DNA from: an uncultured Candidatus Binatia bacterium
Lineage (GTDB): Bacteria > Desulfobacterota > Binatia > UBA9968 > JAJDTQ01
Assembly: GCA_965242525.1 (NCBI GenBank)
Contig: OZ251459.1
Location: 3,072,001 to 3,136,000 of the forward strand
DNA length: 64,000 nucleotides
Direction: 5' to 3'
The notes under the pieces were generated by a model. That model made no database searches and had not been told where the DNA came from. It saw nothing but the letters and a program-made list of their open reading frames with translations. A program made the translations under genes and the position numbers. Positions 37,938-46,103 of this stretch are shown in pieces; position 1 is the first letter of the stretch, and the number at the start of each line of letters is the position of its first letter.

Positions 37938-39116
37938 ATGTCCCAAGGGGGAAGTGCTGCCCCTGACGTCGGCCGGCGGTTGCGCATTGCGCGTGAAACT
38001 GCCGGCATCACGCAGGCGCGCGCCGCGGCTACTATCGACGTGGCGCGGACGACGCTGGTGGCCATGGAAAAGGGGCAGCGTGCCGTTCGCGCCGCTGAAC
38101 TTCTGCCGCTGGCCCGACTGTACGGCACGTCGGTCAACTCGCTGCTGCGTCGGGAATCGGTGTACGTGGACCTCCTGCCGCGCTTTCGGAAACTCCCCGA
38201 CTGCAAGGACGAAGCGGCCGCCCGGGCGGCCCGGCTGCTGGCAGACCTGGTTCGGGCCGAAGTCGAACTCGAAAACCTGCTCGGCGTCACGCCTTCCCGG
38301 AACTATCCTCCACAACGACCCCTCATGCCCGGCGACGTGCGCGCCCAGGCCGAACAGGACGCCACCGAGCTCCGCCACAGGCTGGGGCTGGGCTTGGCCC
38401 CGGTCCGTGACCTGACCAGCCTGCTGGAACTCGACCTGGGCGTCCGCATTTACGTGCGGCCCCTCGACGCCCGCGTGTCCGGGCTGTTCGCGTACGACGA
38501 GCACGTTGGCGCCTCCATACTGCTCAACGCCGCCCATCCGCGTGAACGTCGGACGCAAAGCGCGGCGCATGAACTCGGTCACCTGGTTGCAAGCCGACAC
38601 TCCCCTGACGTGCAGTACCGGGACGGCCGGGAAAACTCCCGTGAAGAGCGCTACGCCAACGCCTTTGGACGGGCCTTCCTGACGCCGGGGCGGACGGTCA
38701 TGCAGCGTTTCCGGGAGGTCACGCAAGGGTCAACGCATCTCACGCGGCGGCACGTCGTCCTGCTTGCGCACGCCTTCGGCGTCTCGCGGGAGGCCATCGT
38801 TCGGCGGATCGAAGAGTTGGACTTGACGAAACCGGGGACTTGGGACTGGTTCCAGACGAACGGCGGAATCAAGGACGAACAGGCGCGCCAGGTTCTCGGC
38901 GACTTGGCGGGTGTAGATACGGACAAAGCCGAAGCAAGGCGTCCCACGACGCTCCGCTTGAGCCTGCTGGCCGCGGAAGCATGGCGGCGGGAACTGCTCA
39001 GCGAAGGGCAACTCGCCCGTCTCCTGCATCTCGACCGCGTGGAGTTGCGGGAGATGTTGGACGACGTCGAGGATGAAGGGGTTGACGCGGATGGCGCGCC
39101 AAAGCTGCCTGGATGA
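37938..39116 (+). CDS. XRE-family HTH fused to an ImmA/IrrE (M78-like) metallopeptidase
   Basis: AAGGAG RBS; HTH (GRRLRIARETAGITQ...VARTTLVAMEKG); HExxH (AAHELGH) followed by ERYANAF. Confidence 0.9.
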   Translation: MSQGGSAAPDVGRRLRIARETAGITQARAAATIDVARTTLVAMEKGQRAVRAAELLPLARLYGTSVNSLLRRESVYVDLLPRFRKLPDCKDEAAARAARLLADLVRAEVELENLLGVTPSRNYPPQRPLMPGDVRAQAEQDATELRHRLGLGLAPVRDLTSLLELDLGVRIYVRPLDARVSGLFAYDEHVGASILLNAAHPRERRTQSAAHELGHLVASRHSPDVQYRDGRENSREERYANAFGRAFLTPGRTVMQRFREVTQGSTHLTRRHVVLLAHAFGVSREAIVRRIEELDLTKPGTWDWFQTNGGIKDEQARQVLGDLAGVDTDKAEARRPTTLRLSLLAAEAWRRELLSEGQLARLLHLDRVELREMLDDVEDEGVDADGAPKLPG

Positions 39117-39708
39117 TCCCACCGTTCCCGTTGTCGCGGACACGAGCGTCGTCATCAACCTCAACGCCAGCGGATACGCCCCGGCAATCCTGGAAGCGCT
39201 CCCCAACTCGTTTCTCGTGGTTTCAGAGGTGGAACGCGAGCTTCGGGAAGACCGGCAGACAGGCCGGAACGACGCCGTTGCGCTCGCCCAATGGGTTGAT
39301 TCGGGCCGGGCCGAAGTCGTGCGCCTCGGGGAACGCGGAATGGAGCGTTTCTACGACCTCGTTTCCGGTGCGGCCGCCCAGACGCTGGACGATGGCGAAG
39401 CGGCAACCATCGCCCATGCGCTGGAAACGGAACCCCCCGCCATCCCTCTCATCGACGAGCGTAAGGCAAACCGGATCTGTGCGGAGCGCTTTGCGGCGCT
39501 TGTAACGGGAAGTACGGTTGACCTGCTTGCCCAAGGCGACGTCCGGACAGCCCTTGGACCAGAGCGCCTCGCCGAGGCGGTCTTCAACGCGCTGCGCCAC
39601 GGACGTATGCGCGTTCTACCGCGCCATCTGGAATGGGTCGTGGACCTCATGGGTCCCGAACGGGCCAGACAATGCAAGTCCCTTCCGCGGTCGGTCCGCT
39701 CCGGTTGA
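39091..39708 (+). CDS. PIN-domain protein
   Basis: VADTSVVINL, V..E, LDDGEAATIA and IDERKA acidic PIN motifs; overlaps the upstream gene. Confidence 0.8.
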   Translation: MARQSCLDDPTVPVVADTSVVINLNASGYAPAILEALPNSFLVVSEVERELREDRQTGRNDAVALAQWVDSGRAEVVRLGERGMERFYDLVSGAAAQTLDDGEAATIAHALETEPPAIPLIDERKANRICAERFAALVTGSTVDLLAQGDVRTALGPERLAEAVFNALRHGRMRVLPRHLEWVVDLMGPERARQCKSLPRSVRSG

Positions 39709-39910
39709 CCTTGGGGCCCGCGGCGCCGGTCAGAGGTCGTCCAGGAGTGGGCGATCAGCCGTTCCAACGCGGCTCGACGTCTTTCACGCCCTACCGTCAT
39801 GGCGTGGCCTTACCATGAAATCTGGACGTGGTCCGTCCAGATTTCATGGTTGTCCCTACCGAAGGACCATTGGATCCATCCCGGCCTGGTCTCCCTCTCC
39901 CTTCAGGAAA

Positions 39911-39986
39911 GCGCGTCCTTCGACTTCGCTACGCTACGCTCAGGATGAACGGGGGACTTCGCTGCGCTGCGCTCAGGACGAACGGA
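39911..39986. repeat. Two REP-like units
   Basis: GCGCGTCCTTCGACTTCGCTACGCTACGCTCAGGATGAACGG followed by a second GCTCAGGACGAACGG. Confidence 0.75.
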
Positions 39987-40064
39987 GAATTGTCGTTCAG
40001 GGCTTCCCGGAGGACGAGCGCCGGGTCAACCCCGGTCCGGCGGACGACTCCCGTTCGCCGGGCG

Positions 40065-41555
40065 TCAGCCGGACGTTCCCCGCAGGCGCGCCGCAATGGT
40101 GGTGAACTGCTCCAACGCGGCTTGCAGGTCGTCGGCGACCTCCGCAGCGATGACCTCGGGCGGCGGCAGGGAGTCGGCGTCGGTCAGGCCCTCGTCCTTG
40201 ATCCAGAACAGGTCGAGGCTCAGCTTGTCGCGCTTCAGCAGGTCGTCGTAGTCGTAGCAGCGCCAGCGGCCGCCCGGTTCGTCCTCGCTCCACGTGGGGA
40301 CGCGCTCGTGCAGGCGGCCCGGCTTGTAGCAGGCGATGAACTCGTCGAAGTCCGCGCGCCGGATGGGCTTCTGCTTGAGCGTGAAATGGCGGTTGGTGCG
40401 CAGGTCATAGACCCACAGCCGGTCCGTCCAGGCATCGGCGCGGCCCTCCTTCTTGTCGAAGAAGATCACGTTGGCCTTGACCCCCGGCGAGTACCAGATG
40501 CCCGTGGGCAGCCGCAGCAGCGTATGGACGCGGCACTTCTCCAGCAGGTTGCGGCGCACCTTCTCGCCCGCCCCGCCCTCGAACAGCACGTTGTCCGGCG
40601 CCACCACCGCGGCCCGCCCGTCAATCTTCAACAGGGTGTAGATGTGCTGCACGAAGTTGAGTTGCTTGTTGCTGGTGGAGGTCCAGAAGTCCTCGCGGAG
40701 CACCACCTGGTCTTCCTTCTCGGTGTCGCCCTCCTCGTTCACGAACAACAGGCTCTGCTTCTTGCCGAAGGGGGGATTGGCGAGGACCATGGAGTATTCG
40801 CGGCGCCACGGCGCGGCCAGGCTGTCGTGCCCGGTGTGGACCACCACCTTGTCGCCGCCGATGTTGTGCAGATAGACGTTCATGGCGCACATGCGGCCCA
40901 CCTTTGGGGAAAGCTCCATGCCCTCCACGAGCCCTTCCTGCAACGCACGGAGCTCGTCCGCGTCCAGCCGGTCCCCGTGATGGTCGAGCACGTGCCGATA
41001 GGCGTTGCAGAGAAAGCCGCCGGTCCCGGCCGCGGGGTCGCAGATGCGGTCGTCCGGGGTCGGTTGCATCACCTCGCACATGGCCTCGATCACCGGCCGG
41101 GGGGTGAAATACTGCCCCGCGCCGCGTGACGACTCCTGGGCCGAGCGGGACAGCAGTTCCTCGTAGATCGTGCCCTTCACGTCCACCGGCAGCGACAGCC
41201 AGTCCACCCGGTCGAGCAGGTTGACGATGAGCTGCTTGAGCAGCGCGGGGTTGTGGATCTCGCAGCGCGCCCCCTTGAAGACCGCGCCAAGCATCCCCGG
41301 CTCGGAGGCGAGCTTTTCCAGGCTCCTGCGGTACTGGTCCTCCAACGCGGCGCCGTCCAGTCGCAGCAGCGCTTGCCAGCCAAGCTCCGCGGGCACCAGC
41401 GGCGCGCGCTCGTAGGGCGGCGCCGTCAACTGGTCCGCCATCTTGAGGAACAGCAGCAGGGTCAGTTGCTCGACGTACTCGAAACAGGACAGCCCGGCGT
41501 CCTGCAAGACGCCGGCGTAGCTCCAGGCCCGCTTGCCGATCTGCGAAGCATCCAT
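40065..41555 (-). CDS. hsdM: Type I restriction-modification methyltransferase subunit
   Basis: GQYFTPR, DPAAGTGGF, ANPPFG and VLFEGG. Confidence 0.95.
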   Translation of the reverse strand: MDASQIGKRAWSYAGVLQDAGLSCFEYVEQLTLLLFLKMADQLTAPPYERAPLVPAELGWQALLRLDGAALEDQYRRSLEKLASEPGMLGAVFKGARCEIHNPALLKQLIVNLLDRVDWLSLPVDVKGTIYEELLSRSAQESSRGAGQYFTPRPVIEAMCEVMQPTPDDRICDPAAGTGGFLCNAYRHVLDHHGDRLDADELRALQEGLVEGMELSPKVGRMCAMNVYLHNIGGDKVVVHTGHDSLAAPWRREYSMVLANPPFGKKQSLLFVNEEGDTEKEDQVVLREDFWTSTSNKQLNFVQHIYTLLKIDGRAAVVAPDNVLFEGGAGEKVRRNLLEKCRVHTLLRLPTGIWYSPGVKANVIFFDKKEGRADAWTDRLWVYDLRTNRHFTLKQKPIRRADFDEFIACYKPGRLHERVPTWSEDEPGGRWRCYDYDDLLKRDKLSLDLFWIKDEGLTDADSLPPPEVIAAEVADDLQAALEQFTTIAARLRGTSG

Positions 41556-41568
41556 GAACGGGCGTGCG

Positions 41569-41708
41569 CTATATGGTGACGGTCAGCGGATGGCCGACGA
41601 GACGCCGATCCACCGTGAGGAGCTTGAGGCCCTCTTCCTGGGCCTGGACCAGGAGGAGTTCGTCGAACGGGTCCTTGTGAGATGGAAGGTGTCAAGAAGA
41701 ATGCGCAC
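41569..41708 (-). pseudogene. VapC/PIN toxin remnant with a large internal deletion
   Basis: GTG 41708 reads MRILLDT. A shifted frame reads HLPSHKDPFDELLLVQAQEEGLKLLTVDRRLVGHPLTVTI*, the H-x-DPFD..L..QA..E...L.T.D C-terminal motif of VapC. The middle of the gene is absent. Confidence 0.8.
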
Positions 41709-41719
41709 AGGTTACGCAC

Positions 41720-41998
41720 CTATTCGTCATCGTCGAGTCCCAGCACTTGACGGCTGAACGCAGGATTTTCGAAATCTGCCATCCATGCTTCCACTTCCTC
41801 CGGCGAGGCGTCCTCGATACCGAGGCGCCGGCGTGCCGCCTCCAGCCTGTCGAAGTCGATGCCGCCACGCTTGCGATAGCGGACGAGCTCCACGTCCGGT
41901 TCGCCGTTCCGGGTGATGACCACTCGTTCGCCTCTCCGGGCGGCGCTGACGAGTTCGGACAGGCGCGCTTTCGCTTCGCTCAGGGCAAGCTCCATCAT
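41720..41998 (-). CDS. Phd/YefM-family antitoxin
   Basis: AGGAGG RBS; LSEAKARLSELVSAARRGERVVITRNGEP. Confidence 0.9.
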   Translation of the reverse strand: MMELALSEAKARLSELVSAARRGERVVITRNGEPDVELVRYRKRGGIDFDRLEAARRRLGIEDASPEEVEAWMADFENPAFSRQVLGLDDDE

Positions 41999-42253
41999 CG
42001 GTCCTCCTGACGCACGGTGGGTCTGTTTCCCTACTATGCTCCCTATCGAGTCCACTGGCAAGACTGCGCCTCCGGCCAGCGACGGCCGGTCCCGGTCCCG
42101 GCGTCATCTCGCCGTTGATGAACCCGATCCGATCCGTTCCTTGCCCTGGAAGCGCCTGTCCGGTAGGCTCATGTTCGTGACCTCCCGGTCGTCCGGGACG
42201 GCCGCGCTACCACCCTCTGGCGGTCATGGCCCCGTACTTCGAGGAGACCCGTC

Positions 42254-42499
42254 ATGCCCAACGCCTTCGACTATGCTTCCCTTTCCCTCGGCATCCTCAT
42301 CCTGGGCTTCCTCTGGAAGTTCCAGAGAGACGTCCACCGGGACATCGCCGATGTTCACCGAGACATCGCCGGGGTCCACCGGGACATCGCAGGGGTTCAT
42401 CGGGACATCGCCGACCTCCGGGAAAGGATGGCCCGGCTCGAAGGACTGTTCGAAGGGTTCACAAGGTCAACCCCTCAGCAGACCCAATCATCCCCATAG
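42254..42499 (+). CDS. Small TM plus coiled-coil protein, four-heptad variant
   Basis: GAGGAG RBS; hydrophobic helix, then (VHRDIA[D/G])x4 and LRERMARLEG. Confidence 0.75.
   Translation: MPNAFDYASLSLGILILGFLWKFQRDVHRDIADVHRDIAGVHRDIAGVHRDIADLRERMARLEGLFEGFTRSTPQQTQSSP
42332..42415 (+). repeat. Four 21-bp in-frame tandem repeats
   Basis: GT(C/T)CA(C/T)CG(G/A)GACATCGC(C/A)G.. repeated four times. Confidence 0.9.
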
Positions 42500-42509
42500 G
42501 AGACTTGCC

Positions 42510-42689
42510 ATGCCCAACGCCTTCGACTACGCTTCCCTGTCTCTCGGCATCCTCATCCTGGGCTTCCTCTGGAAGTTCCAGAGAGACGTTCACCGGGACA
42601 TCGCCGACCTTCGGGAAAGGATGGCTCGCCTCGAAGGACTGTTCGAAGGGTTCACAAGGTCAACCCCTCAGCAGCCCCAATCATCCTGA
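42510..42689 (+). CDS. Small TM plus coiled-coil protein, one-heptad variant (tandem paralogue)
   Basis: AGGAG RBS; near-identical to 42254-42499 but with a single VHRDIAD unit. Confidence 0.75.
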   Translation: MPNAFDYASLSLGILILGFLWKFQRDVHRDIADLRERMARLEGLFEGFTRSTPQQPQSS

Positions 42690-42798
42690 CTCGCGAAATA
42701 CCGTCTGCCACGCCCACGACCCTGTCCGAACCGGATCGGCCCGAGACGTGACCGAAGCGGTATGGGTGATCTGAAGCCGTAGCGCACGGGCCGCCTGT

Positions 42799-44343
42799 TC
42801 ACTTCCGGCCGCGGCGTGAGGCTGCGCGCTTTCGCTTTGCGCCAGCGGCTTCCTGTACACGCGCCTTCCGCTCCGCGGCGATACGTTTCAGCAGTTCCGA
42901 CGCCGGCTCGTCGTCCGGGTCCTGGGGCACAAGCTTGCCGGTGAAAGCATGCTTCAAGATGGATTGGCGGAGGGCTTGGGCGGACTGAAGTTTGGCATCG
43001 ATGTCGGCTTCGAGTTGGTCTATGGCGGAGAGTTGAGCTTGGACGGCTGTGACGATGGCTTCCTGCTCAGTAAGAGGTGCCAATGGAATCAGGCATGGAG
43101 CAATATGTGGATTGTTAATCTGTGGGACATTCGAGCCATCGCTCAGCTTTGCAAGATCCAACCCTTGAAACCACTGCCACAAATACCTTGAGATTTCTGA
43201 AGCAGGAATCAGCGCCATAATGTTGAGGTCACAGGCCGCAGGGAAAGCAAGGAGGCGTTTCTTGTTGGTCTTTATGGCGCCTCCCCGCTTAGGAAAGATG
43301 ATCGCACCTCGCGGAAACAGTTTCAAATTCAGTTTCTCTGCCAAATTGGACTGCATACGCAAACCACCATCAGCCATCCAGCACTTGTTTAGAGGGTTGT
43401 TCATGTCATTAACGCGAAACCAAACTACGGTTCCCAACTCATCTGAGATCGCTGGAATACCTTTGGGAGTCTGCCCACTTCTGATTTCACCAAGTTGATC
43501 CACAGTCGCCCAACACCATCCCTCCGGCAACATCGGCAGACTCGTCGTATCCGGCGCAACCGGCTCCTTGTACTTCGCCTTCCAGTTCTTCGGCGGCACC
43601 TTGTCCTTTTCCTCGAACTTGCGGAGCTGGTCTTGCTCCCAACGACGGCGGCGTTCGACGAGGATGCGCTTGAGCAATTCGTCGGCAGGCTCGACATCCG
43701 GGTGTTGCTCGCGCCATTCGGCGGTGAGGGATCCTTCCACCGCCGCCTTCAGTATCGAGGCGCGGTAGAGTTTCAGCCTGTCCCGCGCCCGCTCCAATGC
43801 CGCGATGCCAGTGTTGAGGTCGGAAAAGAGTTCATCAAGCGTATCAGTAATACGGATCTGCTCCGCGCCTGATGCGACGGGGACAGCGATTTGTTTGATT
43901 TTCGAGAATGGCAATGAAGGTAGAGTGGTTGCATGAGCATAATGCGAGAAATCCACCGTACATAGCCAATAGTATAACCATTCGCTGAGTATGCCGTTTT
44001 CAGGAATAGCGACAGCGATATGACTCACAACGTACATGGGCCGCTGCAAAACCGCTCGTTGGTTCAACAAAGTTGACGCGCCGCTTTTTGTGAACAGCAC
44101 TGAAGCGGCAGGGAACAATCGGAGGTCTTTCGCCACGTTTTCGGCCAAGTGATCCTTCGTATCCGCAAGCCTCATCACCGTCCCCAAACGCCCCATATCC
44201 TGTACGCGAACAAACGGCGGTCCAGATTCCGCAAAACTTTCCTTCCGTTGAGGGGCCGGATTACCGGCAAGCAGATTCGCCAGGTCGTCAAAAGACGCCC
44301 AGCACCATCCCGGCGACAAAGGCCTTCCCGTCGCACCGCTCAC
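42799..44343 (-). CDS. hsdS: Type I restriction-modification specificity subunit
   Basis: Two P.GW(C)W-initiated TRDs of visibly lower GC; conserved EQ..I, LKAAVEG and AFTGKLVPQDP..EPASELL regions. GTG start at 44343 is inferred. Confidence 0.92.
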   Translation of the reverse strand: MSGATGRPLSPGWCWASFDDLANLLAGNPAPQRKESFAESGPPFVRVQDMGRLGTVMRLADTKDHLAENVAKDLRLFPAASVLFTKSGASTLLNQRAVLQRPMYVVSHIAVAIPENGILSEWLYYWLCTVDFSHYAHATTLPSLPFSKIKQIAVPVASGAEQIRITDTLDELFSDLNTGIAALERARDRLKLYRASILKAAVEGSLTAEWREQHPDVEPADELLKRILVERRRRWEQDQLRKFEEKDKVPPKNWKAKYKEPVAPDTTSLPMLPEGWCWATVDQLGEIRSGQTPKGIPAISDELGTVVWFRVNDMNNPLNKCWMADGGLRMQSNLAEKLNLKLFPRGAIIFPKRGGAIKTNKKRLLAFPAACDLNIMALIPASEISRYLWQWFQGLDLAKLSDGSNVPQINNPHIAPCLIPLAPLTEQEAIVTAVQAQLSAIDQLEADIDAKLQSAQALRQSILKHAFTGKLVPQDPDDEPASELLKRIAAERKARVQEAAGAKRKRAASRRGRK

Positions 44344-44347
44344 GCCC

Positions 44348-44695
44348 TCAATCCTTCCCTTCCTTTTGCCGGAGTTCGTAGAGCGTGACACCGCTTCCCT
44401 CCCGTCTTGCTTCAAGCCAGCGCTTTAGTGAGGCCGGGCTCTCCCGCGACGGCCCTCCGGCCAACAGACCCTCTACGCCGATGTCTTCGTCCAGGTCTTC
44501 CCAGTGAATGTGCTGGCTCGCAGCGTGCAGTTTCCAGTTGGCCCTTTCCACTGCCGTCGCATGGAGAAGCCTCGGATACCAGACCAGCGGAACGGATATT
44601 CTGCGGCCATCGGCAAGCTCGGCCGTCAGCGCCTCATCGGTTACGTTGATATGAGTGGCCGCGGGCACTTCCAGTTCAACCGTCGAAATACTCAT
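44348..44695 (-). CDS. DUF2442-family protein (putative antitoxin)
   Basis: LADGRRISVPLVWYPRL...IHWEDLDEDIGVEGLL. Confidence 0.85.
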   Translation of the reverse strand: MSISTVELEVPAATHINVTDEALTAELADGRRISVPLVWYPRLLHATAVERANWKLHAASQHIHWEDLDEDIGVEGLLAGGPSRESPASLKRWLEARREGSGVTLYELRQKEGKD

Positions 44696-44912
44696 GCCAA
44701 GCCTCCGTGAATTCAGATTGATACCGTTCGATTATTCTCTGGACATGGCGAAGTTCCACTCTTCCAAAGTTGCCGCTTTTCTGTAGTGCTACGGGGTTGA
44801 GCCAGAACTTCGCAAAACTCCTATCGTTTTGTACGTGTATGTGCGGTGGTTCGTTTCGGTCACCTGAGACGAAGTAAAAGCGATACTTGCCGTCTCTCAG
44901 TAACGTGGGCAT
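44676..44912 (-). CDS. DUF4160-family protein (putative toxin)
   Basis: MPTLLRDGKYRFYF..D..EPPHIHV....AKFWL...EAWHEYF. Confidence 0.88.
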   Translation of the reverse strand: MPTLLRDGKYRFYFVSGDRNEPPHIHVQNDRSFAKFWLNPVALQKSGNFGRVELRHVQRIIERYQSEFTEAWHEYFDG

Positions 44913-44915
44913 GCT

Positions 44916-45404
44916 TCATCCTCGTTTGATCCTGATTGCCACGGTCTCCTGAGCGTCATGGAGAATGCCACCGCCGATTCGGTTTCGCTCAGGCTCATCG
45001 CTCCACGGGTTCAGCATCTCGACCCCCGTGGCGCTGAAGTCGGCCTCGTTGCGGGTGACGAGGATGAGGCGGTGGCGGAGGGCGGTGGCGGCGATGAGGC
45101 CGTCGATGACGGGCAGGTTCCCGTGCCGGGCCACGAGCCGGCCCCACTCGTCTGCGACGTCCCGGTCCACCGGCAGGATCCGATCCTCGAACCAGGCCGG
45201 CAGTTCCATTTGGAGCCACGCGGCAATCCGGGCGCGGCGACGGCCGGCTCCGAGCTTCTGGACTCCCTTGCGGACTTCGCCCATGGTCAGGGCGCTGATG
45301 AACAGGGCTTCCGGGGCCGCTGCGTCGAACCATGCGGAAACCCGGGGCGACGGTTTCGGCTTGACCAACTCCGACAGCGCGCAGGTATCGATCAGGTAGT
45401 TCAC
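44916..45404 (-). CDS. vapC: VapC/PIN toxin
   Basis: YLIDTCALSEL, ISALTMGEV and DGLIAATAL...LVTRN..DF. Confidence 0.92.
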   Translation of the reverse strand: MNYLIDTCALSELVKPKPSPRVSAWFDAAAPEALFISALTMGEVRKGVQKLGAGRRRARIAAWLQMELPAWFEDRILPVDRDVADEWGRLVARHGNLPVIDGLIAATALRHRLILVTRNEADFSATGVEMLNPWSDEPERNRIGGGILHDAQETVAIRIKRG

Positions 45405-45649
45405 AGATCGAGGTCCCGCGGCAGCGACCGGTCGCGTTCCAGGTCCAACTCGACCCCCGCCAGCGGGGACGACCGCAGGAACTCCCTCAGCGAGGGTTTC
45501 GGGCGCCTCAGACGGTCGTAGGCGTCCGCGGACAGGATGATGGCCTCCCTGCGCCCGCGAACGGTGATGGCCTGCGGACCTTCCTGCACGGCGTCGCGCA
45601 CCAACTCGCTGAAACGCGCCTTGGCTCTCTGTAGTTGCCAGCTTTGCAT
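45401..45649 (-). CDS. Phd/YefM-family antitoxin
   Basis: WQLQRAKARFSELV...GPQAITVRG; 4-bp overlap with vapC. Confidence 0.9.
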   Translation of the reverse strand: MQSWQLQRAKARFSELVRDAVQEGPQAITVRGRREAIILSADAYDRLRRPKPSLREFLRSSPLAGVELDLERDRSLPRDLDL

Positions 45650-45735
45650 GACGGACTCCTCTCCAGGCTCATCCTGACCACTCTGACCAGACAGAATACC
45701 CTATCCTGCAGAAAACGCAACGGTACGCCCGAACA

Positions 45736-45764
45736 TTGACCCTACAGCTACCGGACGCTATCCT
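45736..45764 (+). promoter_or_regulatory. Sigma70 promoter, probably giving a leaderless transcript
   Basis: TTGACC-N17-TATCCT, with the ATG 7 nt downstream and no SD sequence. Confidence 0.5.
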
Positions 45765-45771
45765 GATGCCC

Positions 45772-46089
45772 ATGAAATCGGTGGACCTCAAGCTGTTGTC
45801 CGGTCGGCTGAACGAGTGCCTGCGCTTGGCAGCGTCGGGAGAAACGATCCGGGTCACGGATCGAGACCGGGTTGTCGCGGAAATCGGCCCTCCACGAGAA
45901 GCGGGAAGCCCCTTCCTGGCGGACGCAATGCTTGCAGAATCGGTGCGCAAAGGCTGGTTGACGCTCCCGGTTTCATCCACTGAGGAGGCCCCTCCCACAT
46001 CGAAACCCGTAGCGCCTCTACGCGACCTTCTGGCGGAACTGGAAGACGACCGGGGCGATATGCCTCTGCTCGACCTGCAAGGTCGCTGA
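45772..46089 (+). CDS. Phd-like antitoxin with no downstream toxin gene
   Basis: MKSVDLKLLSGRLNECLRLAASGETIRVTDRDRVVAEIGPP. Confidence 0.8.
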   Translation: MKSVDLKLLSGRLNECLRLAASGETIRVTDRDRVVAEIGPPREAGSPFLADAMLAESVRKGWLTLPVSSTEEAPPTSKPVAPLRDLLAELEDDRGDMPLLDLQGR

Positions 46090-46103
46090 CCGCCCTCCCC
46101 GAC

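Noticed and set aside
41533-41757. 74-aa plus-strand ORF between hsdM and the antitoxin
   Set aside because: It is the antisense of the vapC remnant.
42799-44343. Invertible (shufflon-type) hsdS
   Set aside because: No second hsdS or silent TRD, no flanking inverted repeats and no recombinase were seen.
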